From: the human T2T-CHM13v2.0 reference genome, Homo sapiens
Length of the DNA stretch: 64,000 bases
Assembly: GCF_009914755.1 (NCBI RefSeq)
Contig: NC_060933.1
Direction: 5' to 3' (one strand)
Shown: in pieces, positions 43,335 through 55,935 of the stretch
Numbering within the stretch: position 1 is the stretch's first letter
How the letters are laid out: each line of letters begins with the position of its first letter
Program-made: the position numbers and the translations under genes
Notes under the pieces: model-generated
Told to the model about the DNA's origin: nothing
The model's database searches: none
What the model saw: the letters and a program-made list of their open reading frames with translations, nothing else

Positions 43335-43461
43335 CTAACGCTGCCTTGAAAAACAACTGTGAAGGTGAATCTTGTTAAACCCTCTTCAAAGTATGACTAA
43401 AGAGAAGAAAGGTATAAACTTTCTGGAAAAAGAATACAAAAAAAGATTAAAAGAATCTTTT

Positions 43462-43772
43462 GGCCCAGCGCGGTGGCTCACACCTATAATCCCAACACCA
43501 GAGGCCGAGGCGGGCGGATCACCTGAGGTCAATAGTTCGAGACCAGCCTGGCCAACATGGTGAAACCCTGTCTCTACTAAAAATACAAAAAATTAGCCAG
43601 GCATGGTGGCAGACGCCTGTAATCCCAGCTACTTGGGAGGCTGAGGCAGGAGAATCGCTTGAACCCAGGAGGCAGAGATTGCAGTGAACTGAGATCGTCC
43701 AGGAGGCAGAGATTGCAGTGAGCTGAGATTGTGCTACTGCACTCCAGCCTGGACAACAATTCCATCTCAAAA
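43462..43772 (+). mobile_element. AluS with internal 34-bp duplication
   Basis: Full Alu with a duplicated segment at 43665-43732. TSD-like aaaagaat(c/a)tttt. Confidence 0.92.
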
Positions 43773-44591
43773 AAGAATATTTTAATAACTGTTCTATTTT
43801 ACAACTCTAACAGATTTTAGCTTCACCCAAAAAAACAAAACACCACCATATGAGATTATGCTGTGAAATAAGCTGCTTCTTCAATCTCCACCTTTTCCTC
43901 TTTACTACCTAATGAGCACTTGGGGTGAGAACACCATGCATGGTAAAAGAAGCGAATTATAATAAAGACAAAAAAGTTAAATAAAATGACAAGGAAACCA
44001 GTAGCAACAGAGTTGACTGTGACCCCTTTGAAACTGCTACCAGTGTTAATGACTGATGAAACTGTAATGAAGTACAGTATGAGCTACTAGTAGACACCAG
44101 ATTTAACCTGAGAGTGAATGGGGCTTCAGCTCAGGTCTCTCATTTGCCTAGGTCGTTAGGAGTTTCAGAGTAAGAGAACATCCTAGGTGGTAAGGAGACG
44201 CCAGAGTGCAAACAGGCAAGATTTCTAGGTAAGCACTTCTGACAAGTTCCCTAAGGAAATTTAGAAGGAAAGGGCCCAAATCTCCTTGATTCCTGTTTCC
44301 ATTTCCTGTTTTTTTTTGGGGGGTGATTTCTTATTCTAAATACACATTCAGGATTATACCTAAAAATATTAGGAGCTTAAATTAGTCTATTTGCTAAATA
44401 GGACTCTGATGTTCCTATGTATAATAATCTACTGAACATGTTTAACATACTCTGTGTAAATAAATGTCATTAAAATAACAATACAGTGGAAGAAAAAATA
44501 GATGAATGAAAAATCTTATTAATAATAAGCTCTATACAACAACATTTATTACCTTAAGAAAATAACAATCCTGGCTGAAAAATTTTATTCA

Positions 44592-44905
<314 letters not shown>

Positions 44906-44999
44906 AGATTGAAATTCACTGAATACAATTACTACATAAAATACTAGTAGATAACATTGATAACTAGATAACATTAACTAGTTCACATTGTTTTAAGGA

Positions 45000-45670
45000 C
45001 TTGAAGATCTTTCTAAGCCAGACTCAAGAATCAAAAGTCAATCAAAAGGTAATAAAACCACACAAAACTTAAAAAAAGAAAACCAACTACGCAACAAAAA
45101 CAAATGAAAAGCAAAAGCAAAAACAAGGTAAAGAGCTGAAAACCAACTATGAACAACTATTCACAATACAGATATACTATGGGCTAATACTCTTTAGATA
45201 CAAAAAGGTGCTAAAAATGAAACGGATTTACAACGCAATAGAAATATAGAAAGAACCTGAAAAGACGTTTAGAAAAAAAATGGAAACAGAAATGACTGAT
45301 AATCATAAAAGGATGGTAAACCTTACTCATTAAGAGAAATGCAAATAAAAGCAATGTACTACCATTTATCCCCTATCAACAACCAGAATACCAAAGATCA
45401 AAAATATGTTTCATCACCTAGTCTACCAGTGTATGAAGGAATAGGCACACAAATTACGATACATCCATACAATGCAGCTGTTAAAAAAGAATGAGGTAGC
45501 TCTTTATGTGCTGATATGAAGTTGTTTACAAGATATATTATTAAGTGAAAAAGGAAAAGTGCAGAATAATGTGCTCACTATATTCCCCTTCACCATTTTT
45601 ATCAAACACACAGAAAGATATGTTGTGTTTTACATGCACAGACTATTTCTAGAACTATACCCCAATATCA
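45000..45670 (+). mobile_element. Old L1M (L1ME-like) fragments
   Basis: A-rich ORF2-tail-like sequence and catccatacaatg...aaaagaatgaggtagctctttatgtgctgatatgaa...ttaagtgaaaaagg. Boundaries are approximate. Confidence 0.6.
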
Positions 45671-46564
45671 CTTACTTTCAACCACAGTCCTTTATATAAT
45701 TTTTTTTTGCTAAAGGCATGTATTCCTTTTTAGAATACATTTTAACTTTAAAAGTGTATTTGATACAGCACAATCAAGAGTCTACCCTTGAACTTATGAC
45801 TAAATACTTTTTGTTTCTTATTTTATCATTCTATCTACTAGATACTGTATATAAGTTCCTACAGACATAACCTGTCCTGATCTTTATAAAGGTAAACTAA
45901 AATGCTTCATCCTGGGTTTTTGTTTTTGTTCTCCCTAAAATGCTAAGTTTCTTACTCTTTTTGGTCTTTTCAGATCACTGTTGTATTTAATTATATATAA
46001 AGGAACACATACATACACATATATGTATGTATATGTGGCATATGCGTACATCTGTGTGGCAAAGAATATGGTATTTTTCTGGGTATTAAAAATGTGATCA
46101 TTTGCTAACTCCTTACACCCAGTGAGATAAGGATAACAAAGATCGTTTACGAGGTAAATTCCTTTCCAAATGAAAACCAAACCAACATAATACCTAACTG
46201 ATTTACCTCCTTGGAGGATTTATTTTTAAAAACATAATGTGTGTCCACCAATGCTGGGATTACTTCCCAACATAGTTTAATGCTTTTTTTTTTTTTTTTT
46301 TTTTTTTGCCTTGTGATTCACCTTACTCTCGGCCATTTCCTGAGCCACGTCTGAAGAAATCCTGTACTGCCAAGATATATCCTCAGACAAAGAAATGTCC
46401 ATTAGTCACTCACTAAAAGGGTAAAAAGCAATCGAAATGTTTTCCTATCTGAACCCCTGGTGCCAGCACAGTATACAGTAGACAATATATGCCATAATTT
46501 ATTGCCTGAACTCCCCATTGATATGACCATGATATGTCAATGGAAAGTGAGTTCATAAAAAATA

Positions 46565-46915
46565 AATTCTCATTCTCTTCACATAAATTTATTGAGATTC
46601 TATGACACTCCCAGAACGTGGATATAGCAAACAACACTATGTACCATCCATGAAAAAACTTACAATCCAGTAGGAGAAAAAGACAAGTAAACAAGCAGTT
46701 ATTGTAGAGCATAATAAGAAATAAATGAAAACTGCCATATGGGCATTTTAGTTGGTACAGTCAATGCCAAATAGAGAGAGCAGTAGCAGTTTCCTGAAAA
46801 AGTGATGGCTAGGTTGAGACCTAAATGCAGGTAGGAATTAATCTGGGGAAGTGTTGGAAGCAGCACACTTCAGGAACAGAGAGAGGAAGAGAGGAAGCAA
46901 GAGAGCACATGTCCA
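46565..46915 (-). mobile_element. L2 fragment
   Basis: ataaatttattgag...tacaatccagtaggagaaaaagacaagtaaacaag...gttgagacctaaatg...aggaacag. Confidence 0.5.
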
Positions 46916-48419
46916 AACAGAGGAATGACACACTGCTAAAGGACGAGGACTGGGGGGCAGTTCACATCTTCCGCATGATAGCTACTGGCTTCTCATTCTT
47001 AAGCTTCAGAAACAGGCAGAATGCCATACCTGACAGATTCACTAACCTGATCAAACACATCAACTCTTAGTTTGCAAACATCAGAGGATGATGATGATGC
47101 CATGATAATTAGGTGCAAAGAGATAATTAGCATCAAAGAGACAGGAAAGTTTATTTGCTGTTGGTCATCCTCACCACCCATCTTATCTCCCCCAGACCCC
47201 TGTCTACCCCTGTGGCACTGTTTTGCGGTCTAAATGGGAGTCTTATCATCTATTGTTCAAAATGTAATGCCACCTTTATCAAACTGTACGAAGTGTTCAG
47301 CTGCCTGCTTGTGAAGCCCACCAACACAACTTCCTACAAGTATATGGCTGCTGGGGTGACTGAGGAGCTGAAAGAACCTGCATAAGCTTCAATAGCAGGC
47401 CAGAGCACCACTTTTCTGTGAACGACAACTGATAGGTCAAATCACTAGGGAGCGGCTAAAGAGTTATTAATGGTGACAGGTACACTACCTGGGAGACAGG
47501 TTGAGAGGCAAAAAAGATTATTTATAAGCGAATAGTTAACAGCTGTACCTACTGCTAAGCATTACACGGATGCCACAAACTGTAGAATTCAAATCCTGAG
47601 TTATTCAAGCACGAACAACTGCCTGTCACCCAAATGCAACGCATCGCTACAAATTAAGGTGGGAGAGATGAGATGCTGCAACGCTGCCTCACCCAGGAAG
47701 GCAATGTCATCCTGGAGCTCAGGTAAGAGGTGGAAAAAGGATGAGATAACCATGAGGTAAATTACGGTTCTTAACAATAATGATGAATTTGCAAGAACAG
47801 CTTTATAATTTTTCCTGAGGGCTTTAACAACAGAACAGATGCCAAATGCATCTTGTATTATCAACAGTAAAATGGACTTGGAAGTGAGGAAAGATTGAAG
47901 AGCTGTGGGGTTAGAATGACAAAATGAGAAGAAAAATCATGACAAAGAAACGATAGAGGTTTGGTCTTTACAATTTTGAATAATTATTACTTAAGATAAT
48001 TGTTACTAACAAACTCCATTAATAATATATGACTTATTTTCTAAAATGACAATAGTTCTTGAATATAACTTTTTCTCTTATTTTTTCTTGTCATCTCTTT
48101 AACAGCTCTTGTTTCATGGTGGGAAAACAATAGGTATGTCACAGAAATTTTCAGTTCCTAGAGAAACGAAAATACAAAAACTTGTTGAGGATATTTATTC
48201 TCATAGATTTTCAACTCAGTATATATTGAGCTTTCAGGCTTTTCAGAACACTGAGTTGAGAGGAACAACTTCCACTGTTGATTTTCTAAATGTTAATATA
48301 TGAGATGGTTTCTATAGTTATCTACTTTGTTTATGGTCCAGAGTCATGATAGAGTAGCATAAATATTCCTATCAAAGTGGCAGATGTCATATTTACCCAA
48401 AATACAATAGTTTTAGAAG

Positions 48420-49330
48420 TACCTACATAATGACCTGGCAATTCTACTTCTAAATATTTATTCTACAAAAACAAACATACACAGTAATAAACACATATAA
48501 GGATATTTCCTACAACAGTGTTTGAAAAGCCCAAACACTGAAAACAACCCAACTGTCTTTAAATAAGTGACTAAATAAATTATGGTATATCCACATAATG
48601 GGAAATTATATGGAGGTTCAAAAAATGGATGAGATCTCTCTATACTAACGTGGAAAGAGGCCTGTATTAGTTTCCTAGGGCTGCCACACCAAATTACTAC
48701 CACCGTAGTGGCTTATAACAATGGAAACATATTCTCTCTCTGTTCCAGAGGCCAGAAGTTTGCAATTGAGGTGTGAGTAGGGCTGTGTTCCACTCAGAGG
48801 CTCTGGGAAATAATCTGTTGCATGCCTCTCTCCTAGCTTCCGGAGGCTCTGCCGCCATCTTTACCTCACCTCCTCCTTTGCATATGTCTTCTGCTCTGTA
48901 TGTAATCTCCTAATATCTTACACGGATACACAGGATGGTAGTTAGGGCCTACCCACAGAGTCCGAGATTATCTCCTTATCTTAAAATCCCTGACTTAATC
49001 ACATCTGCAAAAACCCTTTTTTCCAAATAAGGTACCATTCACAGGCTCCAGGGATTTGACATGGATATTTTGAGTGGAAGTGGGTAGATATTTTTTGGTC
49101 AACCACAAGATATATTTTTTAAACAGTAGGATATAAGAAAAATATACATAGAATGAATCCATTTACTAATAATCATAATTAGTGCCACAGATACATGATA
49201 ATGATAACATATGGAGAAGTGTTATCTCTACAAAAAGGGGCTATGGACAGTTTTCATTTTTGCATTATACATTACTGCAATGTTTCAATTTTATATTAAT
49301 TTTGTATTACTTTCATAATCAAAAACCAAT
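48420..49330 (+). mobile_element. Old L1M fragment split by an MLT1 LTR
   Basis: gcaattctacttcta...aaaacaacccaactgtc...aaattatggtatatccacataatgggaa, resuming after 49107. Confidence 0.6.
48663..49107 (-). mobile_element. MLT1 MaLR solo LTR (MLT1C-like)
   Basis: tgtattagtttcctagggctgcc...gaggccagaagt...cttaatcacatctgcaaaaaccc...ccaaataaggt...caaccaca. Confidence 0.85.
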
Positions 49331-49654
49331 AACACATATTTAAAAGGAAGCTTTGATATATTTTGACATCTTCCCAAATTTTCTTACCTAATTCTGGTCC
49401 CTGTTGTGGAAAAAGGGTTTAGTCAAAACTGCATAATAGATGATGATTACTAGTTGTTCTAGTGGAATAAAATTTTATAAATAATAAAAATATTAAGTCA
49501 TAATTTTTGAGTATGCTATTCATTAAATAGACTGCTGTAGTTTCTAAGGATGAAAAGTTTCATCCTTAATCCAACCTTCTATGAATACCTGACAACTGTT
49601 CCACTAAATAAATCCCCAAACCGAAATCTATGACCTCTCCTTCAAAACTGAGGT

Positions 49655-49954
49655 TTTAGTTTTATTTTTTATTTATTTATGAGATGGAGTCTCACTCTGT
49701 TGTCCAGGCTGGAGAGCAGTGGCATGATCGCGGCTCACCACAACCTCTGCCTCCCAGGCTCAACCGATTCTTCTGCCTCAGCTTCTGAGTAGCTGGGATT
49801 ACAGGTACGGACCACCATGCCCAGCTAATTTTTGTATTTTTAGTAGAGATGGGGTTTCACTTTCATCATGTTGGCCAGTCTGGTCTTGAACTGCTGACTT
49901 CAAGTGGTCTGCCTACTTCGGCCTCCCAAAGTGCATGAGCCACCGCACCTGGCC
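49655..49954 (-). mobile_element. Alu (AluS-like)
   Basis: (TTTA)n tail plus dimer, with a short deletion in the left arm (caaagtgcatgagcc). Confidence 0.92.
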
Positions 49955-52328
49955 AAAAAAGTGAAGTGTTTTTTGTTTTTTGTTTTTTTTTTTAAAAAAG
50001 CCTTTCTAAGGTTGACTATGCACAGGCATGAACTACTGAAGCGGCATTACTGTTCACCCTGCCCTTTACGAAATTCCTCTCTTTGCAGATTTTCTCCCTG
50101 AATATAGCTTCATCTTCAAGTTTTATTATACCTGCAAAATTTAGTTAACAACAACTTCACCTTATTAACATCTTCTGGAACAAAAGTTCCAGAAATCACT
50201 GTACATTTCTCTACTCCACATTTCACCCCCTTCATGAGAATTGCTAAGCACTATGAAAGCCAATTGGGGTTCCCTGGATTTTCTCTCTCATAAAAAAACT
50301 GACAAGGCTTTTCTCTGTCTAGGAGAGAGGGCGATGATCAAGATCCACTTTTATGGAAAACATGATATTATGCTGAGAAATCTGTCAAGAGCGGGAAAAG
50401 CACTTCATAGAGGGAGAATGTAAACCATAATGCTGAGAGAAATATCTGCATTAACTTTTTGCATTTGTTCACAAAAGTTTATGAAATGCCTACTGTGTGA
50501 AAGATTGCACCACAAACCATGGTATATGTTGTAAGCTGTGTGGGCAGAACTTCTGGTGTCTGAGAATCTGACAAGAAGAGAAATGAGTTCACTAACGGCA
50601 GACTGTTGCTCTGACGCACGGCCAGCCAGCAAGCCGAGGCATGAGGAGATGCAGGGGAAGAGCATGAGCTGGACAGGTGTCATGCACAAGCAGCTCTGCA
50701 GCAGGGCTCACGGTGCCTGATAATTATGGATATTGTCAGATCTGCCAAGAGACATATTTAGCAATGAGCCGGGAGGGGGCAGGAGGAGGTAGGCATATTA
50801 CGAAACTTGCCACCCACCTCCCATTGGCACTATCAGTTTCCAAGGCTCTATTAAAGATAAACAAGGATGCCTAGCCTCCCCTGAGATCAAGAGGAGATGG
50901 TGATTATGAAAATAATAACAGTTTTAAAAATTACTTAAATGTTCTAAGGGAGCCTTTATTTCTGGCAGTGTTAAACACTTGCAAGGAAGAAGGTAGAAAA
51001 CAAAAACAAACTAGAAGACCACAGTAGCCTCAGTCTGAAAGGCCACTCCAGGGCTACTTAAACCAAACACTCTCTGTGAGTTCAGTGGTTAGGCTTTTCC
51101 CTCCTCTGGGTGGCATTCCAAAGGCTTCTCCTTCACATGTGCAAAAACAAGAAAGCGGCGACAAGATGCTACAGCAGATTTCTGTTTGAGACGATGTTTC
51201 TGAGGGAATAAGAAAAAAAAAAACAAAAAACCAAGCGAGAGAGGGAGAAGTTTTTCTTTCATTTAATTTTTTTTTTAAACAAAAACCTAGAGACACTGGT
51301 CTGTGAAGCCAAGTTTGTTAACGTGCAAGTATAATTTACTTTTATGTAAACATAACTTCACAGAGTTATCAGTAGGTTCCATTTTCAGTAAAAACAAACA
51401 AACAAAAAAAAAGAAGCTGCAAAATAATTATAAAACATATGGTGCAAACTCCGGCTGTGTTTATTTTATGACAGTTAACATTATTTACAGTGTGATCTGG
51501 TCAGAATTAATACTCAAAGGGTTATACACAGAATATGTCAAATTTTTCTTCTTAATCATGCACACCATTAGTTTTGTCAACCCATCTAAATGAATTTATC
51601 TAGAGATCTCCTGTATTCCCCCAAAGAAATCAATTATATTTTTTAACATATTATTTTATTCAAAATGCTTGACTAACACCACCGATAAGCTGCCAATAGT
51701 AATATAGGAAGGAGCTCACCCTCTTCTTAAATGGGGAAGTTTGACAAAATGCACTTAAAATTCTGCCATTTGTTGCATGAGATTCTTTAACTCCACACTG
51801 TTCATTTCGTTATCTCAGTTGCTAACGCATATTAAATTTTTAAAGATTTAAGTTCTTTTTTTTTTGGTAACAACACAGCTACTACTTTCTGTTAACACAT
51901 AAATTATCAATATATCCTGTTGAGTAAAACTATTTAAGTAGCTTATCCTTGATACTGGAGTGGCATTAGGAAGCACTGACTATAGGATCTGCTTATTATT
52001 CAAGTGGGAGATATACAACAGCCAAGAGACATACAGAAAAAAAAAAATAAGAATAATTTTGCAATGAAAATCTTTATTTTTGTAATCTTTGTAATGAAAA
52101 TATTTATTTTCCCTGTCCTTTTATTAAAAGACTCTGGTATTTTGCTCTCATTCAAGGCCTTATATTAATATAAATACCAAAATTTATGGGACCAGGTGGT
52201 GTTTAGTAATGTGAGCTGAAACAGAAAATGGCTGCTTTTCCTCCCTGGGCACGCAGACACAAGACATCCTCTCCTACAATAGACACTGACCACAACCTAT
52301 CTTCCTATTCACCAGAAATGGTTTTGTG

Positions 52329-52804
52329 CAGTAGTGTGCTAGGGCTGGCTCATGCCAGCCTATGAGAGCTGATTGCTAAACATTCGGAAATTTTGGGAGT
52401 TGGTGGTTCAAACAGACGACATTAAAAATTAAATTTTAGAAACATGCAATGAAAAAAATTAAAAACAATGATAATAGGTACTCAAAATTCATCACTTCTA
52501 ATTATTTGACATTTTACTATTATCTATGTTCTTATAATTATTTGACTACATTTTACTATTATCTGTGCTCTGAAGATTACTTGCTTCTACTTACGTCTGG
52601 TATGGTGGAAATACCATATAATAATGTGTGACTAAGCATCTCTTCCCAACTCCATGTTCAGTGACTCATGTTGACAGGCTGAAATCAGCCATCATGGGAT
52701 ATTTTCACCAGAGAAATCAGCAAACACTTGCAAATCAGGGTTGGCTGGTTGCTTGGTTTGTTTTCATTTAGAAAGCTATTGTAATGCTACCAACACAACG
52801 CTAG
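52329..52804. mobile_element. hAT-Blackjack DNA transposon fossil (MER63-like)
   Basis: Termini cagtagtgtgctag...ctaccaacacaacgctag. Interior actcaaaattcatcacttc, gcatctcttcccaactcc and gcaaatcaggg. Small internal duplication at 52499-52570. Confidence 0.75.
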
Positions 52805-53345
52805 CAATGTCTAAATAATAAATTACTGTCTAGTTTCAAAACTTAAGACTTTATTTGTAAATATACACTCATTTAAACTTTATAATCCCATCTGTACCCT
52901 TGTGGGAAAAAGAAGAGAAAGAGATAATTTTGCTATGACAGAAAAATTAACTATAAATTTTATTTGGATCACTTATTTTTATGAAGTCTTGTAAAACATA
53001 ACATGGAGCATGATTTCTGGATATGAAAAACATTAGATATGACAAATGAAATATATGGTTTGTGTCTTGGACAGGAAACACCCTGCATGCCTCTGGAAAC
53101 AAACACAAAGATTAAGTATCAGGCACACAGGTTTTTAATGCCTAGATTATTCTGTTTTTATAATAAATTAGTAAATGAGATTCTAGCCATTACAAATCTG
53201 TGTGTTGTTGAAAACTGTCATTTGATCTATGATAAAAATACAAATAAGGAATAAAGCATAAAAGAGAAATAATTCTGAATCAAAGCCAATAAAAATAAGA
53301 CAGCTTATAGATATTAAAATGTAAGAAAAATTTAGGGATAAGTTA

Positions 53346-53451
53346 CTTTTGGTTAAACATGTGGCAGTATCTGTTAAGATGAAAATGAGGATGAATCAAA
53401 TATTCATATTTTTAAAACTAAACCTAGGTAGGAAGAAAAATCTGCCTATTT
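53346..53451 (+). repeat. 106-bp dispersed direct repeat, copy 1
   Basis: Aligns ungapped to 54703-54808 with 7 mismatches by manual count. Confidence 0.93.
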
Positions 53452-54702
53452 GTATTTCATGGTACATCCACAAACTCATTACTTCAATCTGTCGTTTATA
53501 AACTTAAAACAAACATTACATTTTTCAACATTACTGCTATTTGTAAATCACATATAAAAAGGAAGCACAATGTAACTAAATAGCAAATGCCAACAAGGAG
53601 ATAATTAGGCAGGAAAAATATTTCTGAGTTAAAATGTATGTTTTTATAGGTCTTCCTATAGCAGCAGGCAAAATTTTATAGAAGTGAATTTTATTAGAGA
53701 GAAACATAATCTAAAAATCAACTTTTAAGACAATCATTCTTAGTAGTAATACAGCAGATTTCAATGTAACTACAAAAAACGTCTGACTTCTAAAATTCGT
53801 TTTTAAAAACATCCACGTCTACCTAACACTGGTAGACTTTGTGACCATCAGCTAAACCAATAATGGTGTAAGTGCTTTTTAAAATAGTCCTATCCTGAAT
53901 GAATTACTACTGTTATGATTTAAAGAGAAATATTACTCAATGCAAAGAGCTCTAGATGTGATATTAGAAGATGCAATTTTGAGGATTACTAGTTTTGGCA
54001 CTGTTAAGCTTTCTTACCATTATCAATTATGGTTTTCTTCCTCGATCTAACATTGTGGAAGTCTCCCTGTTTTAGTTTTACAGTAAATAAGACTGCCCGT
54101 GAAGGAGAGAATCACACAATAGTAATGCAGGAATGGACATCTAACTGTGCAACCTAATTCTGATTTGTACCATGGTTGCAAAACCACATCATAAAAAATC
54201 ATGAGAAAATCATTTCTAAAAATCTGTGTCTCTCTTCCTCCTTCATTACCCTTTCCCTTAATCCGTCTCTCTAAACTGACATAATATAAAATTGAAATAC
54301 ATTGTCATTTATCATACTTAATAGTTTATGTACCCTGATCTTAATTTAAATTATAAATTGCATGTTTGTCTTCTGGAAACAAATAATGCACTAAGTTGCT
54401 TTCTCCCCAAGTATCTCTCTTTATCGTCTTTTGTAGGTAGGTATACTCTTTAACAAAAAAATGATTCTCCACCCATCTATAAGAAGTACAGAGAAACCAT
54501 GAACAAACTAGTTTTCTATTTACTCAGCAGGAAGATGGCTTTTGTATATTTTCATAAATAACCTAGATATGATTTCTTTAAAAAACATTCACAGTTTGGA
54601 GGAGTTTAACCTAGATGACAAAGTAAATGGCAGAAAAAATCAAAACTTTTATACTTTGGCTCTGAAACGTAACTAAATAGCAAACCATTCAAAAATCCTA
54701 AT

Positions 54703-54808
54703 CTTTTGGTTAAACATGTAGCAGTATCTGTTAAGATGAAAATGTGGATGAATCAAATATTCATATTCTTAAAATTAAATCTAGGTGGAAAGAAAAATCT
54801 GCCTATTT
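54703..54808 (+). repeat. 106-bp dispersed direct repeat, copy 2
   Basis: Aligns ungapped to 53346-53451. Confidence 0.93.
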
Positions 54809-55499
54809 TTTTCTGTAGATCTGTAGATAATAAAATGATTTCCAAATTTTTAACTTTTGTCACAATTGACATTTCTACATATAAAAATAATCTTCATCAC
54901 CTATAAAACTAAGTTTCCAAAAATCCTAGGTAGCTGCTCAGTTCAGAGAAATGAAACTAGGAAATCCAAACTTTTGGGTTTATTGTTTATGGCAACGTTG
55001 CCCATATGTTTTTAAAAGATGGGAGAAAACACTTGGTGTCATTTACACATCTTTGCAAGGCTGATGGTAAAGAAAGCACTGGCGTAATTTTTAAGCAACA
55101 GTTTCAAAAAAGGAATTTCATAGATTCCATCTCTTTCATATTAATACTTCTGGACAGAGGAATAGAAATTGTTTAGGAAGTTGCATGAATGTCCTATGTT
55201 CACTATAAACATAGTTAGGTCTACAACCTTACCAGTTTCCTAGATTCCCATATACCCAATCTTGAAGCCTGGAATCAACCTATGAGCACCTTTTTTTCTC
55301 CCTCATCTAGTGCATCTAGTCAGCAAGTAGTTGTATCTAACCCTGCTGTTTATCCTCCCTGCCATTACTCTTAAATGCCAGCCTTATGTCTGCTTGAACT
55401 ACAGTGACAGCTTTCAAGCCAGACATCCTGGCTCAGGACTCCTTAGTTCCACATAGATACCACTACCAAATGAAGCTTCCTAAGACACTAAATCAGGTG

Positions 55500-55935
55500 A
55501 GTAAAGATTACAGTACTGGTCCCCAAATTGCTCATGTCTTTGGTATCCATGTCCTGGAGTAGTCATCTGCCACTGCAGCTCTGGGCTTTGTAATGTGACT
55601 GGCTTTGGCTGATGGCATGCTAGCAAATATGAAGCAAGTAGACACTTTAGAAGTGCCTGCACACTTGGACTTGCCCTCTCCTGCTGCCCTTAAGAACCCT
55701 ACAACTATCTGCAGGTGAACAAGCCCAAATTAACCTGCTGAAGGACGCATGATAAATTGCCCAGTTATCTCCACTGCCCCAACCAACAGCCAGTAACAAC
55801 CTAATAGCCAGATATGTAAATGGGCCATCCTAGACCAACCAACCCCAGGTCAACATGCCAGCTCACTGCAGATATGCCCAGCTGACCCACAGACTTGTGA
55901 AAAATAATAAAATGCTGGGAATTTAAACCACTATT
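55500..55935 (+). mobile_element. Old MLT1 MaLR LTR (MLT1G/H-like)
   Basis: atgtgactggctttggctgatgg...agaagtgcctgcacacttggacttgccctc...gaacaagccc...gcccagctgacccacagac...aataaaatgc...ttaaaccact. Confidence 0.7.
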
